64,000 nt of DNA from an uncultured Candidatus Saccharibacteria bacterium (GTDB lineage: Bacteria > Patescibacteriota > Minisyncoccia > Phycocordibacterales > CSBR16-119): contig CAYHDV010000002.1 in assembly GCA_964355515.1 (NCBI GenBank), positions 6,622 to 70,621 on the forward strand, read 5' to 3'. The position numbers and the translations under genes are program-made. Every line of letters starts with the position of its first letter. Position 1 is the first letter of the stretch. Of the stretch, positions 48,965 through 59,504 are shown one piece after another. Under the pieces are notes generated by a model. The model was not told where the DNA came from, made no database searches, and saw only the letters and a program-made list of their open reading frames with translations.

Positions 48965-49789
48965 TTAGGCGGATTTTTTGTACTCTTGTTCTTTCTTTCC
49001 TTCGGGGATTATTTTTTCAATAATAAAGTTGTTGTTTTCAAATCTGGCACTTGAGATTTTGATTCTTTTTCCATCTTCAAAATAATAGACTCCAGGCCAA
49101 CCAAGATATGCTCTATATTTTCTAAATTTTATTTCATCTGTATCTGTCTCCAAGATCTCCCCATCTTTTTTGGTTATTTTTTTTGAATAGGTTGAGAGGT
49201 CATGCTTCTGATCTTGGGCTGTCAGCTTTTCGGAATTCATACCCATAAGAATATTTGATAGTAGGGCTCCTCCTATTTCAAAAAGTTTTTGATGTAGATC
49301 TGGACTGTATTCTGCCCCAGTTAATTTTAAAGATTCTTGGATGACAATAGGCCCGTGATCCATTTTTTCATCAAGCTTTATTATAGTAACCCCAGTTTCT
49401 CGGTCACCAGATAGAATCGAGCTTTGGATAGGTGTAGCCCCTCGGTGGAGAGGAAGGAGAGAAGGATGCACATTTAGAAATCCATGCTTTGGAATATCCA
49501 GAATATCTTTTTTAAGTATTTTTCCATAAGCAACAACGACACAAACATCTGGGTTTATTTGTTTTAGAGTTAATTCAAACTGCTCATCCAATTTCTCTGG
49601 TGTTAAAACTGGTATGTTGTTTTCAAGACCCCAAGATTTGGCTGGGCTTTGTTGTATTTCGAGACCCCGTCCTTTTGGGCGGTCTGGATTTGTAACTATA
49701 TGAGTAGGGAAGAGGCCTTGCTTTGCAATTTGCTCTAAGACAATTACTGCTGGCTCTGGGGTGCCAAAAAATACGAAGTTAGGCTTCAT
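48965..49789 (-). CDS. fmt: Methionyl-tRNA formyltransferase
   Basis: FFGTPEPA…NVHPSLLPLHRGATPIQ (formyltransferase SLLP motif). Start placed at MKPNFVFFG, overlapping def by 11 nt. Confidence 0.85.
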   Translation of the reverse strand: MKPNFVFFGTPEPAVIVLEQIAKQGLFPTHIVTNPDRPKGRGLEIQQSPAKSWGLENNIPVLTPEKLDEQFELTLKQINPDVCVVVAYGKILKKDILDIPKHGFLNVHPSLLPLHRGATPIQSSILSGDRETGVTIIKLDEKMDHGPIVIQESLKLTGAEYSPDLHQKLFEIGGALLSNILMGMNSEKLTAQDQKHDLSTYSKKITKKDGEILETDTDEIKFRKYRAYLGWPGVYYFEDGKRIKISSARFENNNFIIEKIIPEGKKEQEYKKSA

Positions 49790-50276
49790 AGGGTAATTCT
49801 TTGATATCAGTGGCTTTGTCAATAAATAGAATCCCATCTAAATGGTCAATTTCATGTTGGAAAATTCTACCAAGCATACCACTTGCTTGGTATTCATGCT
49901 TTTCTCCTTTTTCGTTGTAGGCAATTATTGTCACCTTGGATGGACGTTCTACATTTCCATATATTCCACGAATAGACAGGCATCCTTCTTCTGAAACATC
50001 TGTTGCTTTTGAATAATGAGTAATAACTGGGTTTATAAAAATCATATCGTGAGCATGTGGCTTGTCTTCAAACATTTTGTGAGAAACAATAAACATCCTG
50101 CGAGTATCTGCAATTTGTGGGGCAGACAGACCAATACCATCTGATTGGGTTTCAAGCGATTCTTTCATATCAGAAATAAGCGACTGGACAGAGTCACTTT
50201 CAATTTGGTCTATCGGGATTTCTTTTGCCACTTCACGAAGAGCCGGGTGGCCTAGTTGTATGATTTCTTTTGGCAT
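49779..50276 (-). CDS. def: Peptide deformylase
   Basis: EGCLSIRG and HEIDHLDG motifs. Confidence 0.9.
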   Translation of the reverse strand: MPKEIIQLGHPALREVAKEIPIDQIESDSVQSLISDMKESLETQSDGIGLSAPQIADTRRMFIVSHKMFEDKPHAHDMIFINPVITHYSKATDVSEEGCLSIRGIYGNVERPSKVTIIAYNEKGEKHEYQASGMLGRIFQHEIDHLDGILFIDKATDIKELPYEA

Positions 50277-50356
50277 GTGGCTATATTAAAGCATGAAAGA
50301 TTATAGTTGACAAACATTGTTGACTGGTGCAGTATCAGTGTAAATAAAAAGGTACT

Positions 50357-50644
50357 ATGGAAATACAAATTGAGAAAAAATACTCTAGACTTGCAATAAG
50401 CAAAGAAGTGGAGGGTCACAAGGGAGTAAGTGTTATCTGTTATAAAAATACAGGGAAACCTATAGACATTGGTCCGGGGGCTTGTTACGTGAGAGCTGTG
50501 GGATCCGAGCTCTTTACCAAAAGATTCTTCAAGGTTGAGCAATCCAAAGGAAAGTGGAATCTTCTCGTGAGAGAGCTTCATCATCTGGAATTTAAATCTG
50601 TTCCAGAGTTAAATCTACTCTCTATGGAGTTTTACTTCGTGTAA
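50357..50644 (+). CDS. Hypothetical small protein (uncertain)
   Basis: 95-aa ORF ending at the strong bidirectional terminator 50645..50679 (aaaaagccccgcgccgttggcgcggggcttttt). Confidence 0.3.
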   Translation: MEIQIEKKYSRLAISKEVEGHKGVSVICYKNTGKPIDIGPGACYVRAVGSELFTKRFFKVEQSKGKWNLLVRELHHLEFKSVPELNLLSMEFYFV

Positions 50645-50676
50645 AAAAGCCCCGCGCCGTTGGCGCGGGGCTTTTT

Positions 50677-51975
50677 CTATTTTTGTTTTTTAATATAATC
50701 AGCCATCTTGTCTATATCGAGAGTTTTTTGTGACCGAGTTTTCATGTCTCGTACAATCACAGAACCTTCGAGTGCTTCCTTGTGGCCAAAGATAAGTACT
50801 TGATTCACTCCAAGCTTTTCTGCAATTCCGAGCTGTTGTGACAATCCATCTTTTGAAAGTGAGTGAGCTACTGGGATTTTTGCATTTCTAAGTTCTTCTA
50901 TAATAGCGAGGCTCTTTAACTTTGCTTCTTGTCCAAGCTGGATAAAGTATACCTGAGGCTTTTTCTTTACTTTTGGTTTGATATCTTTTTCTGTTACTTC
51001 GATTATTCTATCTACTCCAAAAGCAAACCCAACAGCAGGAACCTCTTTTTTACCACCTATAATTTTTGCAAGATAGTCGTACCTTCCTCCACCTCCTAGA
51101 GCAAGAGGTTTTATTTCTTCTCCGGATTCAGTTTTTTCTGGTGTGGTAAAAAATTCAAAAACAGTATGACTGTAATAATCAAGACCTCGAACCAGCTTGT
51201 GATCTATTTCATATTCAATTCCCAATTGATCAAGATATTCTAGAACCTCCTTGAAGTGTTTCTTGCTTAGAGTATTAAGAGAGGATATAGACTGAGGCGC
51301 TTCCTTGTTTACCTCGATGGTCTTTTCATCCTTTGAGTCGAGGATTCGCATTGGATTTGTCTTCATCCTTTGTCTATCAGTTGCCCCTAGTTTGTTTATA
51401 TGTTTTCGATAATACGCAGTGAGTGTCTTTAGATAATCCTTTCTTGAATCAGCATCACCGAGTGAGTTTATTTTTAGAGTAATTTGTTTTATACCTGACT
51501 CTTTTAAAATAAGATGAGCTAGATGAATTGCCATCACATCAGACACAGTCTTTGTGCTTCCAAGTATTTCAACTCCAAACTGCCAGAACTGCCGGTATCG
51601 TCCTCTTTGAGGTTTGTCGTGTCGATACACAGGACCAAAAGTATAAAACATCACTGGCTGTGGTTGAGTATGCATCCCGTGCTCTATGTAAGCTCGCATA
51701 ATCCCGGCTGTTGTTTCTGGGCGCATTGCCAGCTTGTCTGTACCTTTTGTTTTGAGAGTATATATTTCTTTGTCTACAATATCAGTTCCTTCTCCTACAC
51801 CTTTTAAGAACACATCTTCTTGTTCAAGAGTTGGAGTCTCAATTGGTTGAAGTCCATAGTATTCACAAATCTCTTGAGCTTTTTCATAAAAACCTTGAAG
51901 AGCATAGTATTGATCTCCCATCATGTCTCTCATCCCTTTCACTGATTGTAATTCTTTTTTGTTATCGTTTGCCAT
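50677..51975 (-). CDS. hisS: Histidyl-tRNA synthetase
   Basis: MRPETTAGIMRAY, FGPVYRHDKPQRGRYRQFWQFGVE and a C-terminal anticodon-binding domain. Confidence 0.92.
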   Translation of the reverse strand: MANDNKKELQSVKGMRDMMGDQYYALQGFYEKAQEICEYYGLQPIETPTLEQEDVFLKGVGEGTDIVDKEIYTLKTKGTDKLAMRPETTAGIMRAYIEHGMHTQPQPVMFYTFGPVYRHDKPQRGRYRQFWQFGVEILGSTKTVSDVMAIHLAHLILKESGIKQITLKINSLGDADSRKDYLKTLTAYYRKHINKLGATDRQRMKTNPMRILDSKDEKTIEVNKEAPQSISSLNTLSKKHFKEVLEYLDQLGIEYEIDHKLVRGLDYYSHTVFEFFTTPEKTESGEEIKPLALGGGGRYDYLAKIIGGKKEVPAVGFAFGVDRIIEVTEKDIKPKVKKKPQVYFIQLGQEAKLKSLAIIEELRNAKIPVAHSLSKDGLSQQLGIAEKLGVNQVLIFGHKEALEGSVIVRDMKTRSQKTLDIDKMADYIKKQK

Positions 51976-51977
51976 AA

Positions 51978-52610
51978 TTATTTTTCAAAATTTACATCAC
52001 CTGGTAGTACTCCGATATCCTCAAAGGGAAGCAACCTCACCAACGCTCTCCCCACCATATACTTTGATGGGACTGTCCCCCATATACGAGAATCAGAACT
52101 CTTGGCTCTATTGTCTCCCATCACAAAGTAATCGTCTGGTCCAACCTTTTTTTCAAGTTTGTTTGAAGCAGGGAACTCTACAAAGCTCTGATCCAAGACA
52201 AACCCTTCAGGATAGTCATTGTTGTAAATAGTAACAGTTGAACCATCGATACTTACTGTTTCTCCTGGTAGACCAATCACTCTTTTTATGAAGAATATTT
52301 TTGGGTTTTGGGGGTATCTGAGTATCGCAACATCTCCTCTTTTGGGATTGGAAATATGGTAACTAAGCTCATCTACAATCAGATATTGGCCACTGTCAAA
52401 GGTGGGGTCCATTGATTCTCCATGAACAACAAATGGTTGGGCTACAAACATTCTGATAGGGACAACAATAAACATTGCGATGAATATAAATTTTAATGTT
52501 TCCCAGATTGTAGACTTAGTAGAGCTAGAAGGCTTTGGAATAAAAGACTCCTTACTATTTGATGATTGATTCATGACGTCAATTGTACTACACCAAACTA
52601 CTTGATGCAA
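51978..52610 (-). CDS. lepB: Signal peptidase I
   Basis: GESMDPTF (Ser box), GDNRAKSSDSRIWG (box E) and an N-terminal TM. Confidence 0.88.
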   Translation of the reverse strand: MHQVVWCSTIDVMNQSSNSKESFIPKPSSSTKSTIWETLKFIFIAMFIVVPIRMFVAQPFVVHGESMDPTFDSGQYLIVDELSYHISNPKRGDVAILRYPQNPKIFFIKRVIGLPGETVSIDGSTVTIYNNDYPEGFVLDQSFVEFPASNKLEKKVGPDDYFVMGDNRAKSSDSRIWGTVPSKYMVGRALVRLLPFEDIGVLPGDVNFEK

Positions 52611-52636
52611 AACTGCAAGTGTTGTATCGTTAGTAC

Positions 52637-53209
52637 ATGTTTTTAATTACAGGACTTGGTAATCCAGGAGAAGAATATATTAAGACTAGACACAATGTTG
52701 GGTTCTTGTTGTTGGATAAAATTGCCGGAGATGTTTCTTGGCAAAAAGATAAATATGCAGATGCGGAGTATTGGCAGGGGGATTTTGAAGGGTCTACTAC
52801 AATCTTTCTAAAGCCTCTGACTTTTATGAACTTATCAGGAAAGTCCGTGAAGGAGTTTATGAAGAAAGATGGTATTGATATGAATCGATTTGTAGTGATA
52901 CATGATGATATTGATTTACCAATAGGGTCATTTAAAATTTCTTATGATAGAGGTTCAGGCGGACACAATGGTATAAAATCCATAATCTCTGATCTAGAAG
53001 ACAATGCATTTCTTCGGATAAGAATTGGAATTGCTCCGGTAGATGAAGAGGGTATCACTCACAGACCAGAAGACACTGCAAATTTCGTGTTGAAAGAATT
53101 TTCGAAAGGGGATTTGGAAAAAGTTTTTGCACTTGCGCCGCGCATTCGCGCGGCGCTCCAAACCTTTATGGAGTTTGGTAGGGAAGTTATGATGAATAAA
53201 TTTAATTAG
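52637..53209 (+). CDS. pth: Peptidyl-tRNA hydrolase
   Basis: MFLITGLGNPGEEYIKTRHNVGF. Confidence 0.9.
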   Translation: MFLITGLGNPGEEYIKTRHNVGFLLLDKIAGDVSWQKDKYADAEYWQGDFEGSTTIFLKPLTFMNLSGKSVKEFMKKDGIDMNRFVVIHDDIDLPIGSFKISYDRGSGGHNGIKSIISDLEDNAFLRIRIGIAPVDEEGITHRPEDTANFVLKEFSKGDLEKVFALAPRIRAALQTFMEFGREVMMNKFN

Positions 53210-53224
53210 CTTTTTGTTTTTTTT

Positions 53225-53480
53225 GTTAAAAATTATTTTCTTTTTCCATCGCTGAAAAAGAAACAAAAAAGCTAGACCTCTTCCAAAATATCTAAAAAAT
53301 AGATACATTCTCGGTGCTACGCTAAGCGCTATCGCTACGAGCTACGCACTATTCGAGAATGTATCTATTTTTCTTAACGATATTTTAGAAAACGGTCAAA
53401 GATTTCAAGTTTTAAAAAACCGTGAATATTTTAAAAGTTAAAGCTCAAGTGTCGTAAGATTTTGCAAGTGATCAAATATC
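53225..53480 (+). repeat. Structured intergenic repeat element, copy C (family 1), with a 76-nt perfect hairpin at 53296..53371
   Basis: Blocks 53237..53286 and 53391..53455 match copy A. The hairpin stem sequence differs from copy A but stays perfectly paired, and the loop core cgctaagcgct…cgctacgagct is conserved. Confidence 0.8.
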
Positions 53481-53575
53481 TCAAGTGTTGAAGATTTGAA
53501 AAACATTCTAAATAAAAAGCCCCGCGCAACTGCGTGGGACTTTTAGGTAATGTCTAGTACCCAGCATTAGATTGC

Positions 53576-53848
53576 TCAGAGTGGAATGAAGGTTCTTTCT
53601 AAAAAGTACTTTTGGGTGTCTTTTATGGCTATCGATAGATAGAGTAGTATCACCAATGAAAAACCAAACCAGAAACCTATTTCCAAAATGGTATTTCCAA
53701 GATTGAATAATACTTGGATGAATGTAAACAGTAGGACGAGAACCAATCCTCCAAGAGTGGCATAGAATAGTATTAATAAAACTCCAAGAAATACAACGAA
53801 AATCATTTCGCTGATACAAAGAGTCACGCGGGTTAGTTTCATTATCAT
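53576..53848 (-). CDS. Small two-TM membrane protein (uncertain)
   Basis: 90-aa hydrophobic ORF with terminator aaaaagccccgcgcaactgcgtgggactttt at 53515..53547. Confidence 0.35.
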   Translation of the reverse strand: MIMKLTRVTLCISEMIFVVFLGVLLILFYATLGGLVLVLLFTFIQVLFNLGNTILEIGFWFGFSLVILLYLSIAIKDTQKYFLERTFIPL

Positions 53849-53946
53849 GATAGAAGGATCTTAGTTAACTTGAGTTTAAGTTACTATAAAATTATCAGAA
53901 GTCAAACAATCAAAAAACCACCCATTCGGGTGGTTTTTTGATTTAT

Positions 53947-55014
53947 TTATTTTGCGTCTTTGTCTAGATACGCAAGAGTCATTTTTTGTTCTGATGGTTC
54001 AAACAATGTGATTTGGAAATCATATGTTTTTCCAAGAGAAAGTTTTTCTCGAAGTTTGTCTGTTCCTCCAAATAGTGAGTTGTGTACAAGTCCAGCCACT
54101 CCTTCTTGTATAGATACAAGAGCTCCATGCTTGTTGAACTTGATAACAGCTCCTTTCACGATATCTCCTTTCTTGTAAGTCTCTTTGTGCTTACCCCATG
54201 GGTTTTGCTTTAGAGCCTTGATAGAAAGAGAAACCTTTCCTTCTTTAATTTCGATTATTTTAGCGTTAACTTTGTCTCCTAGTTTGAATAGCTCTCGTGG
54301 ATTTTCTACAAGACCCCAATCAAGTTCTGAGATGTGCACTAGTCCTTCTAGTCCTTCTTCTAGTTTTAGGAATACTCCGAAGTCTACCACTCCTGCAATT
54401 TCTCCTGATACTTCATCTCCGAGAGAGTACTTTCCTACAATTTCTTTTTTCTCTTCTGGGTTTGTATCTTTTTCAGAGAAGATAAGCTTTCCTTCTTTTG
54501 GATTAGCAGCAAGCATGATCACGCTTACTCGGTCTCCAACAAGTTTTTTTAGTTCAAGAAGAATTGCATCTTTGTCTCCATTTTCGATTCGTGGGTAGTG
54601 CTCAGGTTTTAGTTGAGATGCGGGCAGGAATCCTTGAAGTCCTTGCCAGTCGATGATAAGTCCACCTTTGTTTGCTTCTTTTACAAGAAGAGAAAAGATA
54701 GTCTTGTCTTTGATTGCTGACTCAGCATCTTTCCAAAGAAGGGCTTGCTTGGCCTCCTTTAGAGAAAGCTCTGTATACCCATTGTTGTTTTCTTTTTCTA
54801 CAACCTTTGCTTTGATGATGTCTCCAATATTTAGGTTTTTAATTATTTCTCGTGAAGAGTTATATTCTCGTCCATAAATAATTCCTGTTCCATATGGAGC
54901 AAGGTCGGCGTATACAGCACCGCTTTGGATATCAATAATGATTCCTTCAACAAGTGTCCCAATTTCTGGCTTTACTTTTGAATCTTCTACAATTGTTTTT
55001 AAATCTATTGTCAT
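53947..55014 (-). CDS. rpsA: 30S ribosomal protein S1 (short, four S1 domains)
   Basis: Four repeats of the S1 OB-fold pattern (G…V.G.V……G.FV.L…..GL.H.SE). Confidence 0.85.
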   Translation of the reverse strand: MTIDLKTIVEDSKVKPEIGTLVEGIIIDIQSGAVYADLAPYGTGIIYGREYNSSREIIKNLNIGDIIKAKVVEKENNNGYTELSLKEAKQALLWKDAESAIKDKTIFSLLVKEANKGGLIIDWQGLQGFLPASQLKPEHYPRIENGDKDAILLELKKLVGDRVSVIMLAANPKEGKLIFSEKDTNPEEKKEIVGKYSLGDEVSGEIAGVVDFGVFLKLEEGLEGLVHISELDWGLVENPRELFKLGDKVNAKIIEIKEGKVSLSIKALKQNPWGKHKETYKKGDIVKGAVIKFNKHGALVSIQEGVAGLVHNSLFGGTDKLREKLSLGKTYDFQITLFEPSEQKMTLAYLDKDAK

Positions 55015-55530
55015 AAAATTTTAATTCCGCCTGTGTTACAAGGCGGAAGGCTTGTGAGATAAAAAAGCTTCTTATTTCATCCAAATCTGAAAATAAGGGG
55101 TTAACTTCATTCCTCGGCTTATAACGAGTAATACTTTAGCATAATAGCGGGGGATAGCAAGGGTATTTGGGGGCTTGGAATATTAATATAAAAAAGCTTG
55201 ACAAATAATCTGTATATGCTAGACTATAGGTATAAGTACATTGTATAAGTTCAATTGTTTTTATGTTTTTAAAAATTTGGAGGTATTTTTGAGAGAGGTG
55301 GGTCCTCATCTTAAAGCCAAGAGAATTTTATAAAAACTTTATTTTTGTAATCTTAATAAGTAATCTTAGCATTTTTCAATTTTTGGTTGATGAGAAAAAT
55401 CTTAAGATAGTGTCTCATTTGAGATGCGATGACGTGCCCACATAAGAGCCGACTTTCTGTCGGCTCTTTTTTTGTACAGGTTAAACTTTTTTACTTGTCT
55501 CATCCCAGCGTCAGCGGTATACTGCTATAC

Positions 55531-56145
55531 ATGGTAATCACACATTTTGGAAAACAATTTTTTAAAGTAGCCTTTGGCGACATTTCTTTAGCCTTTAACC
55601 CAATCTCTAAGGATTCAAAAGAAGGTGGTAAAACAAAGTTTGGTTCTACTATAGTATTTTCTACGGTAAATCATCCTGATTATAATGGTATCGAAAATGC
55701 TTCCCACGGAGACAATGTTCCATTTATTGTAGATGGTCCCGGTGATTATGAAATCCAAGATATTTTTATCAAAGGAGTAGCTTCAGAGACTGAAATTGAT
55801 GGAAAGGAGTATATAAATACAATCTATACTTTAACTCTTGAAGATATGAACATTTGTTTTCTGGGAGCGATTTTTAATTCTGAATTAACTATTGAGCAAA
55901 AAGAGATAATAGGAAACCCAGACATCGTCTTTGTCCCTGTCTCAAATACCCTTCTTTCTCCCACAAAAGCCCAAAAGCTAGCCACAAGTCTAGAGCCTTC
56001 AATTATTATTCCCATGGATTACGACCCAGCTTCCCTGAAAGCTTTTTTGAAAGAGTCCGGATCAGAAGGTCTAAAGCCCGTTGATAAATTAACTATTAAG
56101 AAGAAAGATATTATCGGAAAACAAGGCGAGGTTGTTTATTTTTAA
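55531..56145 (+). CDS. Metallo-beta-lactamase-fold protein (UPF0173-like) with degenerate His motif
   Basis: MVITHFGKQFFKVAFGD…VFSTVNHPDYNG pattern. Start set at 55531, because the upstream extension of the track ORF covers a terminator hairpin. Confidence 0.5.
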   Translation: MVITHFGKQFFKVAFGDISLAFNPISKDSKEGGKTKFGSTIVFSTVNHPDYNGIENASHGDNVPFIVDGPGDYEIQDIFIKGVASETEIDGKEYINTIYTLTLEDMNICFLGAIFNSELTIEQKEIIGNPDIVFVPVSNTLLSPTKAQKLATSLEPSIIIPMDYDPASLKAFLKESGSEGLKPVDKLTIKKKDIIGKQGEVVYF

Positions 56146-56371
56146 TTTATTTTTCTCATGGAAAATTGGAGTAGTAAAAAAAAGAATCTTTTTCTCATGG
56201 TTTCAGTTGCCGTGTCCATGCTCTTCATTATTATGTTGTGGCTTTTTGTTTTTCCTCCGGAGTATTTCAAAGAAGGTAAGAATGATGGTGTTTTTGACAC
56301 TCTTAAAACAGAATTTTCTAATTTATAAAAAGAGCATTATCACTTATAATGTGATATAATTAATAAATATT

Positions 56372-58837
56372 ATGGCAAAAAAAGAAGCAGAAAAAAAATC
56401 AGAAGAGGCCCCAAAACACCAAGGGATCATCTCAACAAATATTGTAAAAGAAATGAAAGAATCCTATCTGGCATACGCCATGTCAGTTATCGTTTCTCGA
56501 GCTCTCCCTGATATTCGTGACGGATTAAAGCCAGTACACCGGAGAATTCTCTATGCTATGCACAAGCTTGGGGTTGTATATAGTGCCAAATTCGTGAAGT
56601 CTGCGCGTATCGTCGGAGAGGTAATCGGTAAGTACCACCCTCATGGAGACACCTCAGTATACGACGCCATGGTAAACACTGCTCAGACTTTCTCTTATCG
56701 ATATCCATTTGTTGTTGGCCAGGGTAACTTCGGTTCTATCGATGGAGACAACGCAGCTGCTATGCGTTATACCGAAGCAAAGATGTCAAAGATTTCAAGT
56801 GAGCTTCTTCGAGACATCGAAAAAGATACAATTGACTACCAACCAAACTACGACGGAGCTTTCAAGGAGCCTACTGTTCTTCCAGCTGCAGTGCCTGCAC
56901 TTCTTTTGAATGGGACACTTGGTATAGCTGTTGGTATGGCGACAAACATCGCGCCTCACAATTTGGGAGAAATAGTAGATGCCACAAAACATCTTATAGA
57001 TAACCCAGATGCTACAACAGAAGATTTGATGCAATTTGTCCAAGGTCCAGATTTCCCAACAGGAGGAATTGTCTATGGCAAAAAAGATCTTCTACATGCA
57101 TACAACACAGGGCGTGGAGGAGTTGTGTGTCGTGGTGAAGCTGAAATAGTGGAGATGAAAGCAGGGAACTTCGCTGTTATTATCACCTCTATTCCATATC
57201 GAGTAAACAAGTCCAGGCTCATTGAGTCTATTGCAGACCTTGTGCGTGACAAAAAGCTTGTAGGTTTAAAGGATCTCCGAGATGAATCAACTCGAGATAT
57301 CAGAGTGGTTATCGAGCTTAAGAGTTCTGCTCAGCCACAAAAAGTTCTAAACTTTCTATACAAAAATACTCAATTAGAACAAAAGTTCAACTTCAACATG
57401 GTGGCACTAGTGGATGGTGTGCCCCAGACACTTTCTCTGAAATCAATGCTTGCTGAGTTTATCTCTTTTAGACAAGTGGTTATCGTGAGAAGAACTAAAT
57501 TTGATTTGGCAAAAGCAGAAGCGCGCGAGCACATCTTGCTTGGACTTAAAATTGCACTTGATAAGATTGACGAAGTTATCAAAACAATTAGAGCCTCAAA
57601 AGACAAAGAAGAAGCAAAAATCAATTTGATAAAGAAGTTCAAATTCTCTGATCTTCAAGCAGAGGCTATTTTGGAAATGAGACTCCAAAAACTCGCTGGT
57701 CTAGAGCGAAAGGCAATAGAAGAAGAACTCAAAGAAAAACAAGCCCTTATCAAGGCCTTGAAAGCACTCTTGGCTTCTCCAAAGATGATTCTTAAAACTA
57801 TTTCTGAAGAGCTCGCAGAAATCCGAGAAAAATACGATGATGGTCGCCGAACACATATTATCAAAGGTGGTGTGAAAAATATCTCAGCCGAAGATTTGAT
57901 TCCAAACAAGGAAGCGGTTTTGGTGTTTACTCAGGGTGGATACGTGAAGCGAACAGATCCAAGTGAATACAAAAAACAAAAGCGTGGAGGAGTTGGTGTT
58001 GTGGATATATCCACAAAAGAAGAAGACGTGGTGACAATACTTCTAAATACAAGTACTCACAGTGACCTCCTATTCTTTACTGATTATGGTAAAGCTTACC
58101 AAATCAAGATGTATGAAATCCCAGAAGGGCGTCGCGCCACAAAAGGTAAATCTATCGTAAACTTTATCCAGCTTGGTGGAGATGAGCAGGTGACAAGTAT
58201 TGTGGCTCTCGATCCAGAAAAGAAACACGATAACAAATATTTGTTACTTACTACAAAAGAAGGAGTCATCAAGAAAACTTCAGCAGAGAGTTTCAAAGAT
58301 GTGAGAAGAAGTGGCTTGATTGCTATAAGCCTAAAAGACGGTGATAAACTTTATTCTGCAAAGTTTATAAATGATGGAGACCAAATATTCCTTGCCACAA
58401 AAGAAGGTCAGGCGATTCGTTTCGAGGAAGCAGATGTGCGAGAAATGGGTAGAACTGCCGCAGGGGTGCGAGGAATGAAATTGAAAAAGGCAGATGAGAT
58501 TGTGGGGGTTGGTATTTTGCCCAAGACCTCAAAAGAGGCAAATGTCTTGGTTCTTACAGAAAATGGTTTTGGAAAGCAGACAAAAATTTCTGAATACAAA
58601 GTCCAGAACAGAGGCGGGTCAGGAGTTAAGACTGTGAAGATAACAGCTAAAACAGGGAAGCTTATTGTGGCTCGGTTGGTAGATGAAGATTCAGAAGAGC
58701 TTATTGCTATTTCAAACAAAGGTCAGATAATAAGAACAGGTATTGAATCAATCAATACCCTAGGTAGAGACACACAGGGAGTGACAGTTATGAAGCTTCG
58801 GGATGGGGACAAACTTGCCTCAGCGACAGTATTATAA
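56372..58837 (+). CDS. gyrA: DNA gyrase subunit A
   Basis: [20 protein letters not shown], active-site [10 protein letters not shown] and C-terminal beta-pinwheel repeats. Confidence 0.95.
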   Translation: MAKKEAEKKSEEAPKHQGIISTNIVKEMKESYLAYAMSVIVSRALPDIRDGLKPVHRRILYAMHKLGVVYSAKFVKSARIVGEVIGKYHPHGDTSVYDAMVNTAQTFSYRYPFVVGQGNFGSIDGDNAAAMRYTEAKMSKISSELLRDIEKDTIDYQPNYDGAFKEPTVLPAAVPALLLNGTLGIAVGMATNIAPHNLGEIVDATKHLIDNPDATTEDLMQFVQGPDFPTGGIVYGKKDLLHAYNTGRGGVVCRGEAEIVEMKAGNFAVIITSIPYRVNKSRLIESIADLVRDKKLVGLKDLRDESTRDIRVVIELKSSAQPQKVLNFLYKNTQLEQKFNFNMVALVDGVPQTLSLKSMLAEFISFRQVVIVRRTKFDLAKAEAREHILLGLKIALDKIDEVIKTIRASKDKEEAKINLIKKFKFSDLQAEAILEMRLQKLAGLERKAIEEELKEKQALIKALKALLASPKMILKTISEELAEIREKYDDGRRTHIIKGGVKNISAEDLIPNKEAVLVFTQGGYVKRTDPSEYKKQKRGGVGVVDISTKEEDVVTILLNTSTHSDLLFFTDYGKAYQIKMYEIPEGRRATKGKSIVNFIQLGGDEQVTSIVALDPEKKHDNKYLLLTTKEGVIKKTSAESFKDVRRSGLIAISLKDGDKLYSAKFINDGDQIFLATKEGQAIRFEEADVREMGRTAAGVRGMKLKKADEIVGVGILPKTSKEANVLVLTENGFGKQTKISEYKVQNRGGSGVKTVKITAKTGKLIVARLVDEDSEELIAISNKGQIIRTGIESINTLGRDTQGVTVMKLRDGDKLASATVL

Positions 58838-58962
58838 AAAACAAAAACGCCTCTGGCGTTTTTGTTTTTGAGTAGATACTCCAAGTCTTATTATTATACG
58901 CAGGGGTGTTTTCTCCACATCCTAAATAAGAAGAAAGTTTGGTTGTTTGATACAATACAATC

Positions 58963-59502
58963 ATGAATGATACAACTTTTTCAGACCCAGAAAAGATATT
59001 AAAACAATTTCCAATAAGACCATCTGAAGTTGTGGCAGATATTGGAGCTGGAATGGGTGTTTATAGCAGACTCGCGGCACATGCTGTGGGGAAACATGGA
59101 TCTGTTTATGCTATAGATGTTCAAATCTCTTTTGTAGATTCTCTGAAAAAAACAGCTATAAAAGAAGACTTGGAACAACTCCACGTTCTTTGGGCAGATG
59201 CTGAGCTTCCAAATGGGACAAAACTTGCAGATGACTCAGTCGATGTCGTGATACTGACAAATGTTCTCTTTACCATTGAAGACAAGCCGGGATTGCTAGC
59301 GGAAATAAAACGAATTCTTAAATCAAATGGAAGAATACTAGTGGTTGATTGGCAGGATAGTTTCGGGGGTATTGGACCGCACCCTAGCCATGTTGTCCCT
59401 GAGAAAACCGCTAGAAATTTATTTACAACACATGGGTTTGATTTTATCAAAAATGTTTCTGCCGGAGAGCACCATTATGGTATGATTATACATAACAAAT
59501 AA
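58963..59502 (+). CDS. Class I SAM-dependent methyltransferase
   Basis: VADIGAGMGVYS (motif I), VVILTNVL and ILVVDW motifs. Confidence 0.75.
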   Translation: MNDTTFSDPEKILKQFPIRPSEVVADIGAGMGVYSRLAAHAVGKHGSVYAIDVQISFVDSLKKTAIKEDLEQLHVLWADAELPNGTKLADDSVDVVILTNVLFTIEDKPGLLAEIKRILKSNGRILVVDWQDSFGGIGPHPSHVVPEKTARNLFTTHGFDFIKNVSAGEHHYGMIIHNK

Positions 59503-59504
59503 TT

